From IMG/VR virus record IMGVR_UViG_3300030095_006531, positions 12,457 through 76,456 of that record: a DNA stretch of 64,000 nt; one strand, written 5' to 3'. The position numbers and the translations under genes are program-made. The stretch comes from a virus. Lineage: Duplodnaviria > Caudoviricetes. Below, in pieces: positions 1 to 8,147 of the stretch. Numbering within the stretch: position 1 is the stretch's first letter; every line of letters starts with the position of its first letter. The notes under the pieces are model-generated. The model made no database searches. It worked only from the letters and a program-made list of their open reading frames with translations, and was not told the DNA's origin.

Positions 1-275
1 TTGTTTGCTGGATGTGGTTGAATGTGAACCTTAATAAAATCATCCATTGAATCAAACACAGCAATACCACCGCGAGGAGGTGGATACAACCAGTGAATAA
101 CCGCTTGTCCTGTTGCTAATTTAACTCCCTCGATCACAACACCCTCGCCAGAAACACCTGTCTCATCTGTCTGCCTAAATACGGTAAATGAGCGAATTCC
201 ACGAGGTGCAAGTTTGGGTAAGGGTTGTGGCTTCAGTTCTTGTAACTGCTCTAATTCTTTCTTTTTTGTCGGCAA
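1..275 (-). CDS. Hypothetical phage protein, truncated at the window edge (not in the ORF track)
   Basis: Open frame from TTG at 275, preceded by GGAGG: MPTKKKELEQLQELKPQPLPKLAPRGIRSFTVFRQTDETGVSGEGVVIEGVKLATGQAVIHWLYP... Confidence 0.7.
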   Translation of the reverse strand, partial: MPTKKKELEQLQELKPQPLPKLAPRGIRSFTVFRQTDETGVSGEGVVIEGVKLATGQAVIHWLYPPPRGGIAVFDSMDDFIKVHIQPHPAN

Positions 276-277
276 AA

Positions 278-1252
278 TCAACCTCCAGGAGCACCTGGTG
301 GGGCAGAGCCGCGATAGTCAATCGGTGCCTTTTCCTTGAAAGGTCCACTATCTTGATTGCCTCCGTGCCTCAAAAGTCTTTTCATCTGCTTTATTAAGCG
401 AGGTTTTAATTTTGTTTGGAAGTCTTCTTCGAGTGCTCCCAAAAATGCAGACAACTTTTCACCTTCTGTTTCGATACTTGAATCCATATCATCGTCTGTT
501 GCTATGATATGGAAAAAATTATCTCCGAATAATTCTCTATACGGCTCACGATTTTTACTAACCGCATTCCAAGATCGCTCTACTGATTTGGCATCCAGCG
601 AGCGTCCGCCTCTTTCCAAACGATCTTGCTGGCGAGATAATGTAGTTTCAAGGGGAATATCAACAAAGATCATCCCAACATCGTACCCAAGCTCTTCCAG
701 CTTATTCTTCTGGTTTCTAATGACCCCAAATTGACCACCAGTCCCGTCTACAATAAAGCTTTCACCAGCTTCTATTGAGGCTTGTTGTTTTTCTTTAGCG
801 GCTTTTCGGGCTTTGTTAAACAATATAGCCATTTGGCTCATCTTGCTCCTGGTGAGTTCATAATCTTCCATTGTCTTTTCAAGATTATAGATGAAAGTTT
901 TATCACCATTGGATTCTTGGCTGGCTGAAACATAAAGATCCTGAAGAACATCATGGCTCCAGCCATCTTCTGGCTCTTGCAATTGCAAAATTTGACTTAA
1001 CAGTTCTTTTAGTTTTGTTCTGGCATTACTAAAATCATCTTTTATTTTTGCTATGTTCTTTCCAAGACCTGACTGATCCAACATTGGTTCATAAAAATCA
1101 TCGGGATTTATTATGTCCAACGTTTCCAACCCTAACCTATCAATTACCGTAGATTTGCCTGCACCTGGTGCTCCTGCCATAAAAATAACTTTAGGTGCTA
1201 CAGTCTCCTGTTCACCCAGATGCCGACGCCAGCTTTCCATTATGAGTTTCAT
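278..1252 (-). CDS. P-loop kinase of the zeta-toxin/AAA_33 type, with a helical insertion
   Basis: Walker A VIFMAGAPGAGKS, INPDDF, SFIVDGTG and GYDVGMIFVDIPLETTLSRQQDR motifs. Confidence 0.7.
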   Translation of the reverse strand: MKLIMESWRRHLGEQETVAPKVIFMAGAPGAGKSTVIDRLGLETLDIINPDDFYEPMLDQSGLGKNIAKIKDDFSNARTKLKELLSQILQLQEPEDGWSHDVLQDLYVSASQESNGDKTFIYNLEKTMEDYELTRSKMSQMAILFNKARKAAKEKQQASIEAGESFIVDGTGGQFGVIRNQKNKLEELGYDVGMIFVDIPLETTLSRQQDRLERGGRSLDAKSVERSWNAVSKNREPYRELFGDNFFHIIATDDDMDSSIETEGEKLSAFLGALEEDFQTKLKPRLIKQMKRLLRHGGNQDSGPFKEKAPIDYRGSAPPGAPGG

Positions 1253-1461
1253 TCGGACAGCTCCTTTATTAATTCTTTCTTTTGCTCTGAAGAGAGGTGA
1301 CGATTTAAAGACTCTTTAATCACCTGAAATGATGCCTCAATGATTTGTTTCCTGTCTATGTCACAATATGGGCAATTCACAAAAACACCTTTCCTTAGAC
1401 CTTTTAAACACACGGAACAAGCTGCTCTAATGTATAGCTTAGAGTCAGATTCTTCCCCCAT
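1249..1461 (-). CDS. Small Zn-ribbon protein
   Basis: CSVC...CPYC; 4-nt overlap with the kinase start. Confidence 0.6.
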   Translation of the reverse strand: MGEESDSKLYIRAACSVCLKGLRKGVFVNCPYCDIDRKQIIEASFQVIKESLNRHLSSEQKKELIKELSE

Positions 1462-1468
1462 TATAATA

Positions 1469-1476
1469 TAAATAGT
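1469..1476 (-). promoter_or_regulatory. Putative late promoter motif ACTATTTA
   Basis: 7 nt upstream of ATG 1461, no Shine-Dalgarno (SD). Confidence 0.6.
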
Positions 1477-1494
1477 TCAAAACAATAAGAGAAA

Positions 1495-1535
1495 CAAAAG
1501 AAAAAAGGTGACTTGCGAATTCACAAGTCACCTTT
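1495..1535 (-). terminator. Rho-independent terminator after Hsp20
   Basis: AAAGGTGACTTG/CAAGTCACCTTT stem followed by a U-tract on the minus strand. Confidence 0.85.
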
Positions 1536-1562
1536 AGGGGTACAACAAAGAAAAAGAAACAA

Positions 1563-1964
1563 TTATTTAATTTGAATTGTTCTTGGTTTTGCTGAATCTG
1601 CTTTGGGCAACGTCAGAATCATTACTCCGTTTTTGTATGAAGCACTGATTTTTTCCACATCACAATCTACTGGAACTACATAGGATTTTGAATATTTAGT
1701 TGCGTAACAATAAGTGTTTTCTTTTTCACTAACGTCGTAACTGATTTTAATTTGATTTTGTTCTAACGTGATGTTAAAGTCTTTCTTGTCCAAACCAGGA
1801 GCAATTAAAGAGATTTCATACTTATCTTCAAGATTTTTAACAGTCGGTTTATATAAGTCTTTTGTCTCTCTCGTCCGCACCAAAGGTGGTGCGAAGTCTT
1901 CGAAACCAAAAAAGCGATCCAAAAAATCTGAATTAGTATTGTTGAAAAATGTTAATGATGACAT
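1563..1964 (-). CDS. Small heat-shock protein (Hsp20/alpha-crystallin)
   Basis: YEISLIAPGLDKKDFNITL and ISASYKNGVMILTLPK motifs; start moved to ATG 1964, which follows GGAGG. Confidence 0.92.
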   Translation of the reverse strand: MSSLTFFNNTNSDFLDRFFGFEDFAPPLVRTRETKDLYKPTVKNLEDKYEISLIAPGLDKKDFNITLEQNQIKISYDVSEKENTYCYATKYSKSYVVPVDCDVEKISASYKNGVMILTLPKADSAKPRTIQIK

Positions 1965-2020
1965 ATCATTTCCTCCGTGTCTATAACTTAAGCACCATAA
2001 ATTTAGCGTCAAGCCAAAAA

Positions 2021-2311
2021 TTATCCATGAAGAATATTTTTTACTTTTTGCCCCAACATATCAGGACTACCAACCACAGTAATCTCACGCCCATTTGTTA
2101 ATGATAAGCGAGAAAATTGTTGTGCCTGATGTAGACCTTCTGGTAATTTTCCATTGGCATGTAATCCGGCTACGTTTTCGTCTGGTGTCATCGAAACAAT
2201 GTGGGCCGAATTTAAAACAACTTCTCTTAAATTATAGTGACCTGAAGACTCCATGACTTGAACTAATTTAATCATGTGCTTCTGTGGTGTTTTCGGAATT
2301 AACATTATCAT
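2021..2311 (-). CDS. Hypothetical protein, weakly FlbD/SwrD-like
   Basis: LNSAHIVSMTPD...LSLTNGREITVVGSP resembles the FlbD pattern. Confidence 0.4.
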   Translation of the reverse strand: MIMLIPKTPQKHMIKLVQVMESSGHYNLREVVLNSAHIVSMTPDENVAGLHANGKLPEGLHQAQQFSRLSLTNGREITVVGSPDMLGQKVKNILHG

Positions 2312-2660
2312 CTCCCACTACACTTAATATATCTCGTGGTGCTACTTCTTGGGTTCCTTGAGCAACTTGAGCCACTTGGTTTGCGTCGTGCCCCAAATGA
2401 ATATCTGCATTTGTTTTTGTGTACCCTGCCAGAATGCTTGAACAGTCCATCAATCTTAGATCGATTTTCGCCAATTGTTGGCGCAGGGTGTCAATCGTTT
2501 TCAGTGCATCTGACACAGCGTTTGTCTTTGATAGGGTGATGGAATCCTCTAGGGACTCTTGCACCTCCGTCAACTCTTCTGCCACATTGCTTAGAAGTTG
2601 TGATGTGTTGCGCGGGACATCTTCGAGTTCACACGCATAGCTTACAATAACTTTAGTCAT
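2268..2660 (-). CDS. Hypothetical coiled-coil protein
   Basis: Tightly packed ORF with heptad pattern. Confidence 0.6.
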   Translation of the reverse strand: MTKVIVSYACELEDVPRNTSQLLSNVAEELTEVQESLEDSITLSKTNAVSDALKTIDTLRQQLAKIDLRLMDCSSILAGYTKTNADIHLGHDANQVAQVAQGTQEVAPRDILSVVGDDNVNSENTTEAHD

Positions 2661-3331
2661 GAATTTTCTCCTCTTTTATTTGGTTTCATTAAGTATCTTT
2701 CTTCTATAGAAAAAGTATTTGTCTCGCCCATCGGCAAAATTTTATATCGCTTTCCTCCAATGACTGCACTTATGATTGGTAAATTATTTTCCAAGACAAA
2801 ACATACTCTGTTTTTTAAGTGTTTAATGTTGTGGTTTGTCTCAGTGTTTAAAACGCTCGCACGAACCTGAACCATAGCTCCTATTGGGAATCTGGGTATT
2901 GCATATGTTTCATCTAGAACTTTCCGAGCATATTTGTTTTTTGACATCTTTTCGTAATCTTTTTGGTTTGGAATGTAGGTTTCTTCTAAAATGCTATTAG
3001 CTAATTTTGTAAAATATCCCACGTGCTTATAATAGGCGGCCAAGATCTTTGCATCTTTTTGATGATTATCAAGGTATTCTTTTTTCCAAGCACCAAACTT
3101 CACCTTTTCTTGCGGAGAGAAGCGACTCTCAATTCTTTCAAGAGATTCAACTTGCTTTTCAGAAAGACCACCTTTCTGCTCTAAAAAGTCGTATAGAGAG
3201 CTTAAAAATATCTTTGAACTCTTGGAAATATCCTCCTTTAAAAGTTTCTCTATCCTGTTTTTGAAATTGGGGCTTTCTTTTAAATAGTTGCTATAAGACT
3301 GTAGGTATTTATTTGTTTTCCAATAGCTCAT
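2657..3331 (-). CDS. Hypothetical early protein
   Basis: 224-aa ORF directly behind a sigma70 promoter. Confidence 0.7.
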   Translation of the reverse strand: MSYWKTNKYLQSYSNYLKESPNFKNRIEKLLKEDISKSSKIFLSSLYDFLEQKGGLSEKQVESLERIESRFSPQEKVKFGAWKKEYLDNHQKDAKILAAYYKHVGYFTKLANSILEETYIPNQKDYEKMSKNKYARKVLDETYAIPRFPIGAMVQVRASVLNTETNHNIKHLKNRVCFVLENNLPIISAVIGGKRYKILPMGETNTFSIEERYLMKPNKRGENS

Positions 3332-3337
3332 GTACTA

Positions 3338-3366
3338 ATATTACCATAAGAAATAACAGTTGTCAA
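3338..3366 (-). promoter_or_regulatory. sigma70-type promoter, leaderless
   Basis: TTGACA-17nt-TAATAT with TG extension; 6 nt to ATG 3331. Confidence 0.8.
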
Positions 3367-3374
3367 GGTATAGA

Positions 3375-3656
3375 TTAGCCCATATGAGAAAGAATTGCAG
3401 TGGCAATAGCGCCGACGCCCATTGAAAGTAGAAGCCATAAAAACTTATTCTTTTGCTTAACATCTTCTTCTAACAATCTTAATCTGGCATACAACCCATT
3501 ATCTGGATTATACACAGCTTCCTTAATTTTGGAAATATCATTAGACATTCTTTCTTGGTTTTCTTTTAAAACCATGAGAGCGTCCATTATTCGATCTTCG
3601 AGAAACTCTACACGCGCTGCTAATTGATCAACGTTTTGTTGTTCTGCTGGTGACAC
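3375..3656 (-). CDS. Small coiled-coil protein with a C-terminal TM helix (XhlA/holin-like)
   Basis: Coiled coil followed by FLWLLLSMGVGAIATAIL. Confidence 0.5.
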   Translation of the reverse strand: MSPAEQQNVDQLAARVEFLEDRIMDALMVLKENQERMSNDISKIKEAVYNPDNGLYARLRLLEEDVKQKNKFLWLLLSMGVGAIATAILSHMG

Positions 3657-3660
3657 ACTT

Positions 3661-3668
3661 TAAATAGT
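3661..3668 (-). promoter_or_regulatory. Putative late promoter motif ACTATTTA
   Basis: 4 nt upstream of GTG 3656. Confidence 0.55.
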
Positions 3669-3678
3669 TTTATGAGTC

Positions 3679-5250
3679 TTATTCTTTCTCAACAATCGCA
3701 TGATCAGTCAATAAAAGTGTTGAGGCGGCAGATGCGGCATTTTGCAAAGCACATCGAACCACCTTGAATGGGTCAATAATACCATATGTATACATGTTCA
3801 CAATATCCCCAGAAGCGAGATCAAGTCCAGCATCTGGATTGGTGTGATTTTCGATTTTTTCTACATAAATATCCGGTGACAACCCAGCATTTGAAACCAT
3901 CTTTTTGAAGGGCTCTCGGATTGCTTGTTTCACGATTTCTACTCCCAATTCTTGTTCTTTGTTTTCTGCTTCCACTGATAATGTTTTTGCGATACGCAAC
4001 AAGCAAGAGGAGCCACCAGGAATAATCCCCTCTTTCTGAGCGGAACTGACGGCTTCGAGTGCGTCTTCGACTCGATGCTTCTTTTCAATCATCTCCACTT
4101 CCGTCAACCCACCAACTTTAATAACCGCAATGGCTGATGCCAAACGTGAAATGCGCTCTTGAATGCTATTGCACTTATCCAAATCCTCTTCGTTGATTAA
4201 TTGCTGATTCAGGGCTTCTATTCTTTCCTCCACCCTCTCATCATCCTGTTTTCCTCCAACAATAGTTGTAAATGTTTTATAGGATTCAACAGTTTGAGCG
4301 GAGCCGAAGTGTTCCAACCGGACTTTATTCAGGGGAGTGCCGCTTTCTCTGGAAATAAAAGTAGCACCAACCGACATGCTCAAGTCTGAAAGAATATTTC
4401 GGCGTTCTTCGCCGTAACGTGGAGCTTTAATGGCGGCAACTTTCATAGTCCCTTTCATTGAATTCATGATCATTGCAGCCAGGGCTTGACCTGAAATATC
4501 TTCTGCTACAATTATAAATGCTCTACCATCACGGGCTGCAATTTCTAGTGCCGGAAGAATCTCATCAATTGTTGAAATGCTTCGATCTGTCACCAAAATC
4601 ATACAGTCTTCATGGCGCATTGAGCCTCGGCGTTCGTCCGTAACAAAAGCGTTTGCAAGAAGACCTGAATCAAATCGAAAACCCTCAGATAGTTCCAAAG
4701 AAGTTTCATTCGATTTTGCTTCTTGTATCGTAATTGCACCATCCTTGCCCACTTGATCAACCGCTGTCGCAATTAATTTTCCAATACCTTTGTCTCCATT
4801 GGCAGAGATAGTAGCGATTTGTTCAATCTCCTCCTTCGTAGAAATAGGTTGAGATTTTTTAGCCAAGTTCATCACGATTTCTGAAATTGCCAAATCAATA
4901 CCTCTTTTCAGTTCGACTGGACTTGCATTCGTGGCCAAATGTGTCTGGGATTTTTCCAAAATTGCTCTTGCCAAAACAGTAGAAGTTGTTGTGCCGTCAC
5001 CAGCAGAAGAGTTGGTTGCTTCGCTTGCCTGCTTAATTACCTGAACTCCTAAGTTTTCATATGGATCATCAAGTTCAAAGAACTTCGCCACAGTCACACC
5101 ATCTTTAGTGATGACAGGTTTTGTGTTTGTTCCTTTAAGAATAACATTTCTACCTCTTGGTCCTAAAGTTGCACCGACGGCATCAGCCAACTTATTGACT
5201 CCTAACATAATTTTTTCGTTTAGAGGTTTCCCAGATTGTATATGTTTCAT
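3679..5250 (-). CDS. groEL: Chaperonin GroEL
   Basis: TLGPRGRNV, ITKDGVTVA, GDGTTT and EGIIPGG motifs; lacks the GGM tail. Confidence 0.97.
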   Translation of the reverse strand: MKHIQSGKPLNEKIMLGVNKLADAVGATLGPRGRNVILKGTNTKPVITKDGVTVAKFFELDDPYENLGVQVIKQASEATNSSAGDGTTTSTVLARAILEKSQTHLATNASPVELKRGIDLAISEIVMNLAKKSQPISTKEEIEQIATISANGDKGIGKLIATAVDQVGKDGAITIQEAKSNETSLELSEGFRFDSGLLANAFVTDERRGSMRHEDCMILVTDRSISTIDEILPALEIAARDGRAFIIVAEDISGQALAAMIMNSMKGTMKVAAIKAPRYGEERRNILSDLSMSVGATFISRESGTPLNKVRLEHFGSAQTVESYKTFTTIVGGKQDDERVEERIEALNQQLINEEDLDKCNSIQERISRLASAIAVIKVGGLTEVEMIEKKHRVEDALEAVSSAQKEGIIPGGSSCLLRIAKTLSVEAENKEQELGVEIVKQAIREPFKKMVSNAGLSPDIYVEKIENHTNPDAGLDLASGDIVNMYTYGIIDPFKVVRCALQNAASAASTLLLTDHAIVEKE

Positions 5251-5286
5251 ATGTTTTTAAATCCTATCACACTTTGATAATACTTT

Positions 5287-5850
5287 TTAGTAAATCGAAG
5301 CAGTTTTAATGTTCTCAACCAATTCAATTGTTTGAACTGCTTTATTGTGGAACTTTTTTTGTAGTTTTTTACTGACGCTTCTTCGGATGAAGCCAGGGTT
5401 TCTTGGGTCTTTTAACGCTTGTGTGGGTATGATTAAAACTTCCCACTTAGAAGTGTCGTGCCAATCGTTTGGTTCGTTCTCAGACCAACTTCCAGGCCGA
5501 ACAAAAACTGCAACATCAAATTCATTATCTGAGTATGCAACATGACCCGACTTTGAGGCTGCACCGTGATTCTTTTCGGAGTTTCGGCGAGTGTTTTCCA
5601 TATGTATTGTTCGAGATCTTAATTTTACTTGCACCCTTTTCCCGTTTTTAGTTACGAGATCATATCCTCCTTGGTTGTTTTCTTTACCTCGATTTGGTCG
5701 CAGCTCACACTGAACTGAGGTGTTTTCATTGATCCAATCTCTTGCAAACAATTCAGCCGCAGGAGCGAACAATTTACCCAATTCATTTGGCTTGCACGTA
5801 ACCAACATAGAGTTTAAGGTTTCATTGATGTATTGATGTGATGACTTCAA
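5287..5850 (-). CDS. Hypothetical protein, possible PD-(D/E)XK endonuclease
   Basis: GGYDLVTKNGKRVQVKLRS; start moved to TTG 5850 after GATAGGAG. Confidence 0.45.
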   Translation of the reverse strand: MKSSHQYINETLNSMLVTCKPNELGKLFAPAAELFARDWINENTSVQCELRPNRGKENNQGGYDLVTKNGKRVQVKLRSRTIHMENTRRNSEKNHGAASKSGHVAYSDNEFDVAVFVRPGSWSENEPNDWHDTSKWEVLIIPTQALKDPRNPGFIRRSVSKKLQKKFHNKAVQTIELVENIKTASIY

Positions 5851-5879
5851 ATGTTTTCTCCTATCACTTAAGATACTGA

Positions 5880-5908
5880 ATAGTAACAAAAAGGGTATGA
5901 GATGTCAA
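5880..5908 (-). promoter_or_regulatory. sigma70-type promoter
   Basis: TTGACA-17nt-TACTAT with TG extension. Confidence 0.75.
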
Positions 5909-6687
5909 GAGATTTCTTCTAAAATTTTATCAATATCGAAGCCAGCGCAATCAATTTTTCTGGTGGTGATATGATAATGATTAACAACACCCTTATAAGT
6001 GCCAAGAGCTACAGATGGAACTTTGGTTTTGATAATTTTTTCATTGCGAGTTGGAGTTTCTAAGGGAATACCATACGCTTGATTAAGGGTTTTCACCAAT
6101 GCTTTAAAGGCTGAACGCTGTGCATCATAAAAACCTAAAAATGGTTCTAGAGTGTTTCCGTGTACTTTCACATCTTTCCAAGTCGGTCGTGGTCCAAAGC
6201 CGCGAGAACGATAAATGTCTTGATACTTGGGGTAATAAGCGTTTGATATTTCAACACCAACACTGGTATTATTAACCTTGCGATTACCTGCATGAAAGCC
6301 GATGTGGTTACAATCCATCAGTTGATATATTGTTCCATCATTGTCAATCAAAAAATGAACCGATAGTTTGCGTTTTTTTAACACATTATAGCAACTTTTT
6401 GACGACAAACATACATCCCAATGGGCAACGAACATCGTTGGAGTACGTTCATTTTTTACAGTTTTATAGCAATTTTTAGGCAACGAAAGTCCTTCAGTAT
6501 TTTCGTGAGTAACAACTTTGTCCCAATCAATTGAAACCTTGTTGCCACCGCATATAATATATTTCGTCGGCTCTTGCGATTCTTTCAAGATTTTGCTGGC
6601 TTCTTGTTCGGTTTCGTATCTTCTTATATCAGCGGGTTCAAGCTTTGCTGAGATCAAAAAATCTACTGCTTTGTTAAACCACTTCAT
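5905..6687 (-). CDS. N-acetylmuramoyl-L-alanine amidase (Amidase_2, endolysin candidate)
   Basis: AHWD, SVHFLIDNDGTIYQL, FHAG, SVGVEIS and NHYHI..KIDC motifs. Confidence 0.88.
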   Translation of the reverse strand: MKWFNKAVDFLISAKLEPADIRRYETEQEASKILKESQEPTKYIICGGNKVSIDWDKVVTHENTEGLSLPKNCYKTVKNERTPTMFVAHWDVCLSSKSCYNVLKKRKLSVHFLIDNDGTIYQLMDCNHIGFHAGNRKVNNTSVGVEISNAYYPKYQDIYRSRGFGPRPTWKDVKVHGNTLEPFLGFYDAQRSAFKALVKTLNQAYGIPLETPTRNEKIIKTKVPSVALGTYKGVVNHYHITTRKIDCAGFDIDKILEEIS

Positions 6688-7330
6688 CTGCTATTCCCCA
6701 TTTAACCGCAGTTTCAGCATCAAAATAGGTGTCTGTTTTTCTTCTAAAAATATTTTTTATTTGGCGCTCGGACAATGAAGTTTCAGCAGCAAGAGCTTTC
6801 GCATATTGATTTTGAAACCAGCGAACCTCTTTTATATCAACCTCCAACTCTTTTAAAGAGCCGAAGTAGCCACCAGATATGGAGTGCAACATTAGGCGGC
6901 AGTTTTTCCCCACCCTTCTTTTACCTTTTGTACCACCAGCCAAGAGCAAAACACCAGCGGACATGATTTTACCAATACCAAGACAGTTAATTTCTGCTTC
7001 TTTTCTAATATCCCTCATACAATCATAAAGAGCAAACATATCAGAAACAGAACCTCCCTCTGTTGAGATGATAAATTCTATGGGAAGGTGGCTGGTTTTA
7101 ACCACTGCCTCCTCTTCCTCTTCACATTCCACAATTTCTTCGACTGCACCGGAATCGTGTAAGGAGTATAGCCCAGCAATTGCATTTTTGCAACTTAGCT
7201 CACTTACTTCCCCGTATAGACTAACTATGCGTGGGATATAATCTGAACCAAACAATGAGGGCAACAGTAAAAGTTCACTTGTCTTTTCTTCTGTCTCTTC
7301 GTTTTGATCCAGGTGTTTCTTTTTCTTCAT
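6674..7330 (-). CDS. clpP: ClpP-like serine protease subunit
   Basis: ISTEGGSV, IMSAG (Ser), MLH (His) and DTYFDAETAVKWGIADEV (Asp). Confidence 0.9.
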   Translation of the reverse strand: MKKKKHLDQNEETEEKTSELLLLPSLFGSDYIPRIVSLYGEVSELSCKNAIAGLYSLHDSGAVEEIVECEEEEEAVVKTSHLPIEFIISTEGGSVSDMFALYDCMRDIRKEAEINCLGIGKIMSAGVLLLAGGTKGKRRVGKNCRLMLHSISGGYFGSLKELEVDIKEVRWFQNQYAKALAAETSLSERQIKNIFRRKTDTYFDAETAVKWGIADEVV

Positions 7331-7622
7331 TTATAACCTCGATTACTTCAAAATTATTTTCTGTCCATTTTATCTCAACAACCCCTGCAATATATTGGGC
7401 CAAGATATTTCTATATTTTCCCCATAATTGTGGCGTTAATTTTTTTTCCTTAGCGCGTTCATAGCACCACCTTAAGACAGCATTTATCTTGAATGCTTTT
7501 TCTACAATGATAAGATTACTTTCTGTTCTTATCACATCTTTTTGACGGATAAAGTCCAAAACAAATTCTCGACGCTTATCTTCAGACGATGCATTTATTT
7601 CGGAACTCGTACCCATATTCAT
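7275..7622 (-). CDS. Hypothetical protein
   Basis: ORF in operon-like packing. Confidence 0.55.
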   Translation of the reverse strand: MNMGTSSEINASSEDKRREFVLDFIRQKDVIRTESNLIIVEKAFKINAVLRWCYERAKEKKLTPQLWGKYRNILAQYIAGVVEIKWTENNFEVIEVINEEKETPGSKRRDRRKDK

Positions 7623-8008
7623 ACCTTCTTCTCTTTATAAATATGCGTCAGCTCCTCCATCATCCCTTTCCAATCATCAAATTCGACATGCCACTGGTAT
7701 TCGAGTGGATAATTTTCAATATAATCATTTAATAATTCGTCTTTCCAATCTTCGAATTGGTGTTGAAAATCTATTCTAATTTTTTTTGCTTCTTCGGTTT
7801 CACCGACATCTTCAACCCTTTTAATGCACATTTGTTCAATATATGAAACCTTATATACTATGGTTCCAATCAATGCTAAAATTTTATAAGATATTTTTTG
7901 AACAAATAAAGAGCCAGACCTGAATGCGGTCCAACTATAAAGAATGGTCTTAAAGATGTATCCGGCGATAAAACCACAAACTGCAACAAGTAATAATTCT
8001 TGATTCAT
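7619..8008 (-). CDS. Hypothetical protein with an N-terminal TM segment
   Basis: Start moved to ATG 8008 (MNQELLLVAVCGFIAGYIF). Confidence 0.6.
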   Translation of the reverse strand: MNQELLLVAVCGFIAGYIFKTILYSWTAFRSGSLFVQKISYKILALIGTIVYKVSYIEQMCIKRVEDVGETEEAKKIRIDFQHQFEDWKDELLNDYIENYPLEYQWHVEFDDWKGMMEELTHIYKEKKV

Positions 8009-8015
8009 GTGATAC

Positions 8016-8044
8016 AGTATACACCATACCAAGACACAAATCAA
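8016..8044 (-). promoter_or_regulatory. sigma70-type promoter, leaderless
   Basis: TTGATT-17nt-TATACT; 7 nt to ATG 8008. Confidence 0.65.
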
Positions 8045-8139
8045 GAACAATTTTGTAGAGAAATAAGAAATATTAGTGCCGTAACAAAGACACCTAATTG
8101 AAAACCAAATGAAAAATATACAAATTTTTCATTTATCAT
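8041..8139 (-). CDS. Small 32-aa membrane peptide (not in the ORF track)
   Basis: MINEKFVYFSFGFQLGVFVTALIFLISLQNCS exactly fills the intergenic gap. Confidence 0.45.
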   Translation of the reverse strand: MINEKFVYFSFGFQLGVFVTALIFLISLQNCS

Positions 8140-8147
8140 AATGAGGG

